Below, in pieces: positions 1 through 7,894 of a DNA stretch of 36,067 bases. Both the position numbers and the translations under genes were made by a program. A model generated the notes under the pieces. The model saw nothing but the letters and a program-made list of their open reading frames with translations, searched no databases and had not been told where the DNA came from. Each line of letters starts with the position of its first letter. The first letter of the stretch is position 1. The DNA is from a virus (Duplodnaviria; Caudoviricetes): the IMG/VR virus record IMGVR_UViG_3300027819_000004, positions 1 to 36,067 of that record. One strand, given 5' to 3'.

Positions 1-127
1 GTAACGATTGCGGACACGATCACAAGGAGCACGACGAAGGTGGTCTCGGAGGCGGTTATACTAGCCGACACCATAGCGCGGAGCGTAACGAGGGAGCTCT
101 CCGAGGTGATGGTCATTGCCGACACGG
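1..127 (+). repeat. Terminal direct repeat, copy 1 (circularisation overlap)
   Basis: 1-127 is identical to 35941-36067; 127 is a common maximum assembler k-mer; the reading frame from 34939 continues across the join. Confidence 0.95.
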
Positions 128-795
128 CGATCAAAACCATTTCGCGCACGCTCGCGGATGCGGTGGCGGTTGTAGATTCGGTCATAAAAAGCACCACGCG
201 GTCCATTTCGGAATCGGTCATACTTGCAGACATCCTTACTGCGTTGCGCACGACGTACGCAGTTCTTACGGAAACGATTGCGGTAGCCGACACGGCGATC
301 AAAACCATTTCGCGCACGCTCGCGGATGCGGTGGCGGTTGTAGATTCGGTCATAAAAAGCACCACGCGGTCCATTTCGGAATCGGTCATACTTGCAGACA
401 TCCTTACTGCGTTGCGCACGACGTACGCAGTTCTTACGGAAACGATTGCGGTAGCCGACACGGTTGTAAAGAGCACGACGAAGGTGGTCTCGGAGGCGGT
501 TATACTAGCCGACACCATAGCGCGGAGCGTAACCCGAATCTTCTCCGAGGCGCTCGCGCTCGCGGACACGGCGCTCCGGACTGTGCAAAGAACCCTCACG
601 GAAGCGATCACCATCGCGGACGCCATAACGAGATCGGTGACGGTGGTACTGACCCAGCAGATCACGCTCGCCGAAGTTTTCACGACCGCGCGCGGACGCG
701 CAACGTCCATAGGAAACTTCATAATAAGGTCGACCTACGGCGCCATGCGGACGCTGTATGAGAAGGGGCGCACATTCACCCTTAGAAACAACTGA
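1..795 (+). CDS. C-terminal part of a repeat-rich virion fibre-like protein (gene starts at 34939 and wraps the junction; about 598 aa)
   Basis: Frame 1 is open from base 1 to TGA 793-795 and continuous with 34939-35940; 18-19 aa Thr/Val/Ile-rich repeats (SE-x-V-x-LAD-T). Confidence 0.8.
   Translation, partial: VTIADTITRSTTKVVSEAVILADTIARSVTRELSEVMVIADTAIKTISRTLADAVAVVDSVIKSTTRSISESVILADILTALRTTYAVLTETIAVADTAIKTISRTLADAVAVVDSVIKSTTRSISESVILADILTALRTTYAVLTETIAVADTVVKSTTKVVSEAVILADTIARSVTRIFSEALALADTALRTVQRTLTEAITIADAITRSVTVVLTQQITLAEVFTTARGRATSIGNFIIRSTYGAMRTLYEKGRTFTLRNN
118..463 (+). repeat. Exact 168-bp (56-codon) tandem duplication; also a 63-bp exact repeat 27-89 = 471-533
   Basis: GCCGACACGG recurs at 118, 286 and 454; 118-285 equals 286-453. 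Confidence 0.9.
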
Positions 796-796
796 C

Positions 797-1129
797 ATGA
801 CTAAAATTATAGAGGTGGTGCAGAGCGACAAGGAATACCGCATCGACTTCACTTTGAAGGATGCGAACGACGCGGCGATAGACCTGACGAGCGGGACACC
901 CCTCGTTTTCAAGGCCCAGCTTGAGGGCGGCACCGCGCTCGCGGTTTCCGGCAACATGACTGTGGGAACCCCGACCGCCGGCATGTGCTACTACCTCGTG
1001 CAAACGGCTGACTTTGCGACGGCGGGCAGGTACTACGCCGAGGTGGAGGTCACCTTCACGAACGGCAAAGTGATCACATTCACCGACATAGTTATCCTCG
1101 TGAGGCCTCAGCTTCCGAGGACCATATAG
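797..1129 (+). CDS. BppU N-terminal-like Ig-fold virion protein (110 aa)
   Basis: MTKIIEVVQSDKEYRIDFTLKDANDAAIDLT...G.C.Y...DFATAGRYYAEVEVTF..GK..TF matches the baseplate-upper-protein N-domain pattern; ATG 797 follows the upstream stop. Confidence 0.65.
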   Translation: MTKIIEVVQSDKEYRIDFTLKDANDAAIDLTSGTPLVFKAQLEGGTALAVSGNMTVGTPTAGMCYYLVQTADFATAGRYYAEVEVTFTNGKVITFTDIVILVRPQLPRTI

Positions 1130-1152
1130 GCACAAGGTCGAAAATTAAAACG

Positions 1153-1161
1153 TGCTACACT
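1153..1161 (+). promoter_or_regulatory. Extended -10 box TGcTACACT, 6 nt before the protease ATG
   Basis: TGnTAnnnT consensus; the same 14-mer TGCTACACTAAAAA occurs at 11237-11250. Confidence 0.55.
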
Positions 1162-1167
1162 AAAAAA

Positions 1168-2502
1168 ATGAACGAAGCAATCAAAAAACTTTCCGAAGAA
1201 GTGAAGCAGGCGATGGTAGTCGTATTCGCCTCCGCGGCGACAAAATCGCTCATTGAAGCGACGAAGGCGGCCGCCGACTCGGGCAGCTTTGAGGTCATAA
1301 TCTCCACGGCCGACATAGACCGGCAGGGCGAGACAGTAAAGCAGGACGGGTGGAATCTGAAAAACTACCTGAGCAACCCCGTGGTGCTTTGGGGCCACGA
1401 CTACTACAGCTTGCCGATAGGAATTACCGAGAGCATCGAGGTCGTGGACGGCAAGCTTCTCGCAAAGGGCAAGTTCGCGCCGGAGGAGGCGAACCCGTTC
1501 GCGCAACAGGTGCGGCGGCTCTACGACTTGAAAATTGTCCGCGCCACGTCCGTCGGTTTTATAGCGAGCGAGATGGAGGGCAGCATCATCACGAAGGCGG
1601 AACTCCTCGAGTTCTCCTTCGTACCCGTTCCGGCCAACCCCTACGCCCTTTCTTTGGCGCAGGCGAAGGAGCTCAAGCTCGACCTCGCCATGATAGCCAC
1701 GAAGGGCCTGAAGCTCGAAGTGAAAGAAAAAGTGGTGGGCGATGAGTGCACAATGGATAACGGCGAAATAGGAACGATGCAGGACGACGGCAACGGAGGA
1801 ATGGTGTGCAAGCCGAAGGCGGCAAAAGCGGAGGGCGATGCTTGCACTATGGACGACGGGAGCGAGGGAATGATGGAAATGCACGACGGCGGGATGGTAT
1901 GCGTGGCGAAAGCTGCGAAGTACTTCTGCGGCGTATGCGCGCGTTACTACGCGAAAGGATCCGTATGCCTCGGCGAATTTATAAAGAACGCCGGAGACCC
2001 GCCGAACCACTTCGAGGATTGCAAGGCAGACACCAACCTGGCGAAAAAGTGGCTTGAGGCGAAGGACAAGCACTGGCTCCACGGCAAGAAGGACGCAGTC
2101 CAGATAGGCGCGATCCTCGCGCAGCTGCAGAACGTGATAGACAACGCGCTCGTGCAGGCGGCCAAGCTTATATTCGACATCATTCAAACCGAGTACGCCC
2201 AGAGCGTGGCAGGAAAGGCGGAAATAGCCGCGACGCTCAAGGCGAGCACCTCATTACACGCCATCAAAACCGAAATCGACGACCTCGAGCAGAAGCTCGC
2301 GGCCGTCGAGGGGGAGGTACGCCCCGATGGAGGCGCCCCGCAGGAAAGGTCGCAAGACAAGGGATTCATGGAGTCCATGAGGACAGTCGACGACTTCCTC
2401 GCGGCTCGCAACATCCTGAAGTCGTTTGTGAAAGCTGCGTCCGGCGCGCTTGAGAATCTCAACGAACGGGAAAGGAAAGCGCGGAAAGGACGCAGACAAT
2501 AA
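1168..2502 (+). CDS. HK97-family prohead protease (S78) with long C-terminal extension
   Basis: DRQGETV, NPVVLWGHD, PIG, ATSVGF and LLEFSFVPVPANP motifs; directly upstream of the capsid gene. Confidence 0.92.
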   Translation: MNEAIKKLSEEVKQAMVVVFASAATKSLIEATKAAADSGSFEVIISTADIDRQGETVKQDGWNLKNYLSNPVVLWGHDYYSLPIGITESIEVVDGKLLAKGKFAPEEANPFAQQVRRLYDLKIVRATSVGFIASEMEGSIITKAELLEFSFVPVPANPYALSLAQAKELKLDLAMIATKGLKLEVKEKVVGDECTMDNGEIGTMQDDGNGGMVCKPKAAKAEGDACTMDDGSEGMMEMHDGGMVCVAKAAKYFCGVCARYYAKGSVCLGEFIKNAGDPPNHFEDCKADTNLAKKWLEAKDKHWLHGKKDAVQIGAILAQLQNVIDNALVQAAKLIFDIIQTEYAQSVAGKAEIAATLKASTSLHAIKTEIDDLEQKLAAVEGEVRPDGGAPQERSQDKGFMESMRTVDDFLAARNILKSFVKAASGALENLNERERKARKGRRQ

Positions 2503-2508
2503 ACGAAC

Positions 2509-3690
2509 ATGACACCAGAACAACTCAAACAACTCGAGGAGAAGCTCACCAGCTCTTTCGATACGATCATGGAGGACAAGCTCAAGGCCGTCGTATCGCC
2601 CCTCGTGGCTGCCGAGACGAAAAAGATTGTGGAGCAGCTCCGCGTGGAGCGCGCGATCTTGGGGTATGACCGGACCGGACTGTCGGATAAGGCGAAGCTC
2701 GCGTTTTGCGAAGTAGCGAAGGCGGCGGCATTGCGCACCGCTATCGACACAAAAGCGAACGAAGCCCTTATCTCCGAGCAGGACAACCGCGGCGGATACC
2801 TGATTTCCACGGAAGTCGCGGCGGCGATCCAGCGGATTGCGGCATCGGTCGGCCTCATCATGTCTCAGGCGCAGAAGTGGCCCATGAAAACCGACGAGCT
2901 CGACATTCCCGCGTACACCGGATCGTTTCTTGAGGGCGCCTACCTCGGCGTTGACGCAGCGGGCTCCGACACGGCCCTGACCTTCGACCAAGCCAAACTC
3001 ATCACGAAAAAGTGGCAGCTCTCGTTCGTAGTAGCGAACGACCTGATCGCGGACGCGTCGGTGAACTTGGCGGACTGGCTCCTTGCCCTCGGGGGTGAGG
3101 CGCTAGCGAACATGATCGACAAGCAGGGTTTCGTCGGCACCAGCGCTCCCTTCGTGGGGATCATCGAGGACACCGGAATTACCGCCACGCTTATCGCGAG
3201 CGGCACCGGTTTCTCGAACTACAAAGTGATCGACGACAGCTCGACCCTTATCGGATCCATCGAGGAGAGCGTGCTCAACGGGGCCGCGTTCTTCATGAAC
3301 CGGACCGTATGGGCGTCGCTTCGCGTGCAGAAGGGAACGAACGAGTACATCCTCCCCTACGCAGGGGCGGCTTCGAACAACGTGCTCGCGCAATTCCCGA
3401 GGCAAGGAGGTTTGACCCCCGCAGGAGAAATCCTCGGGTATCCGGTCTTCACGACCCGCCACCTTCCCACCCTCTCCGCGACCGCGACCGCGACGAAGTT
3501 CATCATCTTCGGAAACCTCAAGGCCTACGCCTACGGCGACAAGGGCGAGCTTGGCGTGGAGGAATTCCGCAGTGGGAGCTTCGGAGGCAAGGAGATAGCG
3601 AAAGCGGACCAGCGGGGGCTTGTGTACAAGCACCGCCACGCGCTAGTGAATACTTTGTCCGCTGCGTTTGCGATTGCGAAGACGAACTAG
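2509..3690 (+). CDS. HK97-fold major capsid protein
   Basis: GGYLISTEV, FDQAKLITKK, ILGYPV and IIFGNLKAY motifs; 393 aa; position after the protease. Confidence 0.93.
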   Translation: MTPEQLKQLEEKLTSSFDTIMEDKLKAVVSPLVAAETKKIVEQLRVERAILGYDRTGLSDKAKLAFCEVAKAAALRTAIDTKANEALISEQDNRGGYLISTEVAAAIQRIAASVGLIMSQAQKWPMKTDELDIPAYTGSFLEGAYLGVDAAGSDTALTFDQAKLITKKWQLSFVVANDLIADASVNLADWLLALGGEALANMIDKQGFVGTSAPFVGIIEDTGITATLIASGTGFSNYKVIDDSSTLIGSIEESVLNGAAFFMNRTVWASLRVQKGTNEYILPYAGAASNNVLAQFPRQGGLTPAGEILGYPVFTTRHLPTLSATATATKFIIFGNLKAYAYGDKGELGVEEFRSGSFGGKEIAKADQRGLVYKHRHALVNTLSAAFAIAKTN

Positions 3691-3693
3691 TCG

Positions 3694-3756
3694 CCTTCCG
3701 GCTCTGACACTCTCCCCTCCGTGACCTCGCGGTTGGGGAGTAGCCAGAGCCGAAGG
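3694..3756 (+). other. Long imperfect stem-loop after the capsid gene
   Basis: CCTTC-CGGCTCTG (3694-3706) pairs with CAGAGCCG-AAGG (3745-3756), with inner stems; no U-tract follows. Confidence 0.7.
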
Positions 3757-3790
3757 GAAAGGTCGAACCTATAAACCCATCGACAACACT

Positions 3791-3958
3791 ATGAGCGAAG
3801 AAAACAAAGATCAGGAAGGCGGAGAGCCGACGCCTCCTGCAACACCCGATACCAAAACGCCCCCCGCCTCAGGCGAGGGCGCAGGCGAAGGCGCAGGAGC
3901 CAACGCGGGCGCCAGCGCAGGAGAAGGAGGCGCCCCCGCGGCAGCAGCAAGCGCCTAA
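3791..3958 (+). CDS. 55-aa acidic Gly/Ala/Pro-rich low-complexity protein (absent from the ORF track)
   Basis: ATG 3791 to TAA 3958, MSEENKDQEGGEPTPPATPD...; preceded by GGTCGA and an A/C-rich leader like other genes here. Confidence 0.55.
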   Translation: MSEENKDQEGGEPTPPATPDTKTPPASGEGAGEGAGANAGASAGEGGAPAAAASA

Positions 3959-4063
3959 CCGACCACCGCACCGGCTCCCCCGCTATCGTGGCGCGTCCGC
4001 GCCCAAAACGTCGAACGAGGGAGGGCCTGACAAGGCCATACGGCAATTAAGTCGAAAAAACCT

Positions 4064-4510
4064 ATGCGCAGCGTATTTGACGGGATAAAACCCGTAGTAG
4101 CAATAAACCCCTTCTCAATCACCGCCACCGGCACGCCGCTCGCCGCAAGAGTGTTTGCGGTTGACACCTTCGGGTACAACTCCTGCATGTTCGAGGTGAT
4201 GACGGGGACCCCTGGGGGCACGGCAGCCTCGGTCACAGTGGCCCTCCAAGTGACGGAGAGCGCAACTTCGACCGGCACTTACACGAACGTGAGCGGAGCG
4301 ACCGGCACGATTGCGGCGTACACCGGCACCGCCTCAGCGAAGCATCTCCAGATCCGCGTGGAGGATCTCGGCACGACCCGCCTCCGGTATCTGAAGCTCG
4401 TTCTGACCGTGACGGCCACGCCGTCCGACGGGCAGACGACCCCTGTGGCCGCGGTCGCGCTTCTCGGGAACGCCTTCCGAAAGCCCGTAGTGAACGCAGC
4501 CACGGCATAG
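4064..4510 (+). CDS. Putative capsid cement/decoration protein (Bbp16-like beta-sandwich)
   Basis: 148 aa, beta-rich, LQVTES..ST..YT and RYLKL motifs; lies between capsid and head-tail connector. Confidence 0.55.
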   Translation: MRSVFDGIKPVVAINPFSITATGTPLAARVFAVDTFGYNSCMFEVMTGTPGGTAASVTVALQVTESATSTGTYTNVSGATGTIAAYTGTASAKHLQIRVEDLGTTRLRYLKLVLTVTATPSDGQTTPVAAVALLGNAFRKPVVNAATA

Positions 4511-4513
4511 CGG

Positions 4514-4566
4514 TTGAACTTCCGCTCTCTCGGCCCTTCCTGCGGGACCGAGGAGCGGGCGCTCAA
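4514..4566 (+). other. Stem-loop after the cement gene
   Basis: CCGCTC/GAGCGG and CTCGG/CCGAG stems enclosed by TTGA/TCAA. Confidence 0.6.
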
Positions 4567-4607
4567 AAAGCCCGAAAGTCGAAAGTAACACTTGTTACCA
4601 TACGAAC

Positions 4608-5234
4608 ATGGCAGAAAACCCAATAACCTACGCCCTCACCACCAAGCAAAGGGTGAAGGACCGGATGAATCTAAGCGTCGCTGACCACGACACGCTCATA
4701 GACCGCATCATCGCGGCCATAACGGATTTCGTGGAGGGCGAGTGCGGCGGCCGGAGGTTCATGCGCACGACCTACACAAACGAGGTCTATACCATTTTCA
4801 ATACCAACCAGAAGTACCTCGCGCTGAACCACATACCCATAGGCACCATAACCGCCGTGCAGTACCGCGCGGGCCTGCGCACAAGCCCGACGTGGACCAA
4901 CTTCGCCGCGGACGATTGGGACATGCTCGAGGACGGCAAGAACGGCCTCGTGCGGGTATGGGGCATAAGCACGGGAGCGAACGCGATCCGCGTGAGCTAC
5001 ACGGCCGGATACCTGATCGACTTTGCCAACGCCGGAAGCCCGACCGCGCACACCCTCCCCGCCGACCTTTCCGACCTCGCGGAGCGCCTCGTGATAAAAG
5101 TTTTCAAGCGGCGCAACGACGAGGGGAAGGCGAGCGAGAGCTTCGAGGGCGGCACGGTGCAATGGAAGGATCATGTGGACGACCTCGACAAGCGGACTCT
5201 CGACCGCTATAAAAAAATTCCCCAATTCGTATGA
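4608..5234 (+). CDS. Head-tail connector (HK97 gp6/SPP1 gp15-like adaptor)
   Basis: LTTKQRVKD, D.LID..I.A....VEGECG.RRF, IRVSYTAGY and LPADL motifs. Confidence 0.8.
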   Translation: MAENPITYALTTKQRVKDRMNLSVADHDTLIDRIIAAITDFVEGECGGRRFMRTTYTNEVYTIFNTNQKYLALNHIPIGTITAVQYRAGLRTSPTWTNFAADDWDMLEDGKNGLVRVWGISTGANAIRVSYTAGYLIDFANAGSPTAHTLPADLSDLAERLVIKVFKRRNDEGKASESFEGGTVQWKDHVDDLDKRTLDRYKKIPQFV

Positions 5235-5761
5235 GCCAATTTGAGCTGAAAGTAGAAAATCTTGAGCCGCTCCGGCGCGCGTTCCGCGAGTACCCGAAAA
5301 TAGCCGCGCCCATTTTGCAGCGGGCGCTTTTGGCGACGCAGTTCGTTTTTCAAAAGAACACGCTGAAGGACAACCCCGTGCCGTGGCGCACCGGCAACCT
5401 CCTGCAGAGCTTCCGTTTCAAGACCGGCCAGCTGCAGGCCCGCTGGTTTCCCACGGCCCGCTACGCGCCCTTCGTTGAGTTCGGAACGCGGCCGCACGAC
5501 ATATACCCCGTGAACGCGCGCGCCCTCTCGTGGGTTGGCGGCGGAGGTGGCCGATACGTGACGGCGGCGTCCGGCCGCCAATACTACAAGAGGCAGGCAG
5601 GCACGCGCGTCTTTGCGATGCATGTCCGGCACCCTGGATCGAAGCCCAAGCCGTACATGAAAAAAATAGTCGAGAAGTCGGCGCAGGAAGTAAACCGACT
5701 ATTCGGGCAGGCCGGCGATATGATCGCGCGCGCGATTACGGGCCAAACGAGGATCGTATAA
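5231..5761 (+). CDS. HK97 gp10-like neck/tail-completion protein
   Basis: PWRTGNLLQS, YAPFVEFGT and VRHPGSKPKPYM motifs. Confidence 0.85.
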   Translation: MSQFELKVENLEPLRRAFREYPKIAAPILQRALLATQFVFQKNTLKDNPVPWRTGNLLQSFRFKTGQLQARWFPTARYAPFVEFGTRPHDIYPVNARALSWVGGGGGRYVTAASGRQYYKRQAGTRVFAMHVRHPGSKPKPYMKKIVEKSAQEVNRLFGQAGDMIARAITGQTRIV

Positions 5762-5765
5762 AAAC

Positions 5766-6227
5766 ATGGCAAGCAAACTCAACACAATAAAGACGAGGAT
5801 ACAGACCATCCTTGAGGCCCTCGTGCGCGAGGACATCCTCCGCGACGTGCAGGTGGACGACTTCAAAAAGGCCGTATTCAACAGGGACTTCTCGAAATTT
5901 CCCGTGGCCATACTCACGACGCCCACGGTGGAGAGCGGCGCCGCGACCAACACCCAGAACCTCCGGAGCTACCTATTCGAGATCCTCGTGCTCTCGAACG
6001 CGGACGAGGTGAAGGACGCGGCGCAGATAGAGGATCTCATCGAGAACATATTGAACGAGTTCGATAACGACCCCACGCTGAAGGCGGACCAGACCACGGG
6101 CGCCGCGGACGGGGGCGTGGAGCCGTCCACGAGCGCCCCTGAGGCGTTGAGCTCCGGCGGCAACAACTACATAGCGTTCTCCGTGCTCATACGCGCGAAA
6201 GCGATTAGAGACCTCACATTCGTATGA
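5766..6227 (+). CDS. Probable tail terminator
   Basis: 153 aa between the gp10-like gene and the tail tube; FPVAIL and DPTL motifs; call rests mainly on synteny. Confidence 0.6.
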   Translation: MASKLNTIKTRIQTILEALVREDILRDVQVDDFKKAVFNRDFSKFPVAILTTPTVESGAATNTQNLRSYLFEILVLSNADEVKDAAQIEDLIENILNEFDNDPTLKADQTTGAADGGVEPSTSAPEALSSGGNNYIAFSVLIRAKAIRDLTFV

Positions 6228-6301
6228 TAAAAAACAAGAGCAGAAAGCAGACGAGCAAAGAAAGGTCGGTGTCCAAAAATAAAGAATGTTAATATAAGCA
6301 C

Positions 6302-7300
6302 ATGGCAGCACAAAAAGGAATAGGGAGATTGGTACAAGTAGGCATTGCGCGCGAGACCAGCAGGGGCACCGCAGTCGCCGCCCCGACGTTTATGATCGCC
6401 TACGCGGAGCTCGACATAGACGAGAAGCAGACGCGCGTTACCGACGAGCAGAGCCGCGGCGTGATAGAGGCCAGCGTGGGCGAGAGCATCACGAAAGAAT
6501 GGGTGGAAGCGACAGTCAAGGCACCGATAGGAGACGCGCACTTCCCGCTCGTGCTCTACGCGATCTGCGGGACCCTTTCATCGGTGACCGGCACGGCAAC
6601 GGGCACGCCGTACAGCCACACCATAACCGTCCTTCAAAACGCCCAGCACCCGACGCTCACTATCCAGCTCGACGATCCGCTCGCCGCGCAGGACTACACG
6701 CACGCGCTCTCCGTGGTTTCCCAGCTTGAGATAGCATACGAGCGCGATACGTTCTTGAGCTACACCGCGAGCATCCGAGGCAAGAAGGGAGTGGCGGCAT
6801 CGGTTACGCCGGCGACAGTAAGCGAGAACCGCTACCTGCCGCAGCACCTCACGTTCAAGTACGCGAACACGCAGGCGAACCTCACCGGCACCGCGACCAC
6901 GGTCTCGATTCGCTCGGCCTCTGTTCGTATAAACCAGAACATTCAAGACGACGACGTCCTCGGGAACATAGCGCCGAACGACTTCCTCTCGAAGCAGTTT
7001 GTGATTGAGGGGGAGCTCGAGGCGATCTTCCAAAACGAGAGCGACTTCAAGACCAACTCGCTCACCGGCACCGTCCGCGCGGCGCGCTTCGACCTCGTGA
7101 ACACCGCGGCGGTCATCGGCACCGGAACCACGAACCCCTCGCTCCGCATAGACCTCCACAGCGTCACCTTCCAGCCGATAACGAAGCCGATCCGGCTGAA
7201 CGACATCGTCATGCAAAAGGTGGCCTTCAAGGCGCACTACAACACCACCGACAGCAAGATGGTGACGATCACCGCGGTGAACGCGACCGCCTCGTACTAG
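6302..7300 (+). CDS. Major tail tube protein
   Basis: GIARETSRGTAV N-terminus, YSHTITV; Thr-rich 332 aa; upstream of the chaperone and tape measure. Confidence 0.8.
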   Translation: MAAQKGIGRLVQVGIARETSRGTAVAAPTFMIAYAELDIDEKQTRVTDEQSRGVIEASVGESITKEWVEATVKAPIGDAHFPLVLYAICGTLSSVTGTATGTPYSHTITVLQNAQHPTLTIQLDDPLAAQDYTHALSVVSQLEIAYERDTFLSYTASIRGKKGVAASVTPATVSENRYLPQHLTFKYANTQANLTGTATTVSIRSASVRINQNIQDDDVLGNIAPNDFLSKQFVIEGELEAIFQNESDFKTNSLTGTVRAARFDLVNTAAVIGTGTTNPSLRIDLHSVTFQPITKPIRLNDIVMQKVAFKAHYNTTDSKMVTITAVNATASY

Positions 7301-7351
7301 CTTCTAACAGCTTCCAGCTTCAAAGGCCGACAACATCACAAGCACCAACCC

Positions 7352-7687
7352 ATGAGACCAACCCAAGCATTCACCACTCCCTCGGGCAAGCCGTTCGAGG
7401 TGAAGACCTTCCTGACGGCGAGGGAGCGCAACGAGCTCCGCGGCGTATTCCTCCACAAGGTGCAGGTGGACCCGACCTCCGGCGAGCGCAAGGGGGACGT
7501 GTACGCCGACAACCTTATCGACGACGGCAACCGGAAGATCATAGAGATAGCGGTGGTTTCCTTCGACGGCAGCGCGGAGAATATCCTCGGCCGTATAGAG
7601 AACGCCGAGCACCCGCAGTCGGCCGAGGACTACGACTGCATCCTCGCCGAGGCGGTGAAGATAGGAAATTTCGCGCCGGCGAAGTAG
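7352..7687 (+). CDS. Tail assembly chaperone (gpG-like)
   Basis: 111 aa between tube and tape measure; ends just after an in-frame slippery site. Confidence 0.75.
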   Translation: MRPTQAFTTPSGKPFEVKTFLTARERNELRGVFLHKVQVDPTSGERKGDVYADNLIDDGNRKIIEIAVVSFDGSAENILGRIENAEHPQSAEDYDCILAEAVKIGNFAPAK

Positions 7688-7893
7688 CGGAATACGAGTG
7701 GGCGAGCTACTTCGCCTCAAAGGCGTCGAGGATTTCCCCTCAGGCGGCGGCGGCCCTTCTCTGCCGCGAGATGAAGTGGACGATCGAGGAGTACGAGAGC
7801 CAGCCGTCGTGGTTCGTTGACTATCTCCTCTCAATGATCAATCAGGAGGCCGCGGCGGGCGCGCGCGCGGCGGACAGGATAAAAAAGCAATAG
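7666..7893 (+). CDS. -1 frameshift extension of the chaperone (gpGT-like)
   Basis: A AAT TTC at 7666-7672; the -1 frame stays open to TAG 7891-7893 and reads ...LLCREMKWTIEEYESQPSWFVDYLL...; an 11-bp stem starts 5 nt downstream. Confidence 0.8.
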   Translation, partial: KFRAGEVAEYEWASYFASKASRISPQAAAALLCREMKWTIEEYESQPSWFVDYLLSMINQEAAAGARAADRIKKQ

Positions 7894-7894
7894 C

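Noticed and set aside
1-127. Biological terminal repeat of the virion DNA
   Set aside because: Length matches a typical assembler k-mer and it falls mid-gene; says nothing about true genome ends.
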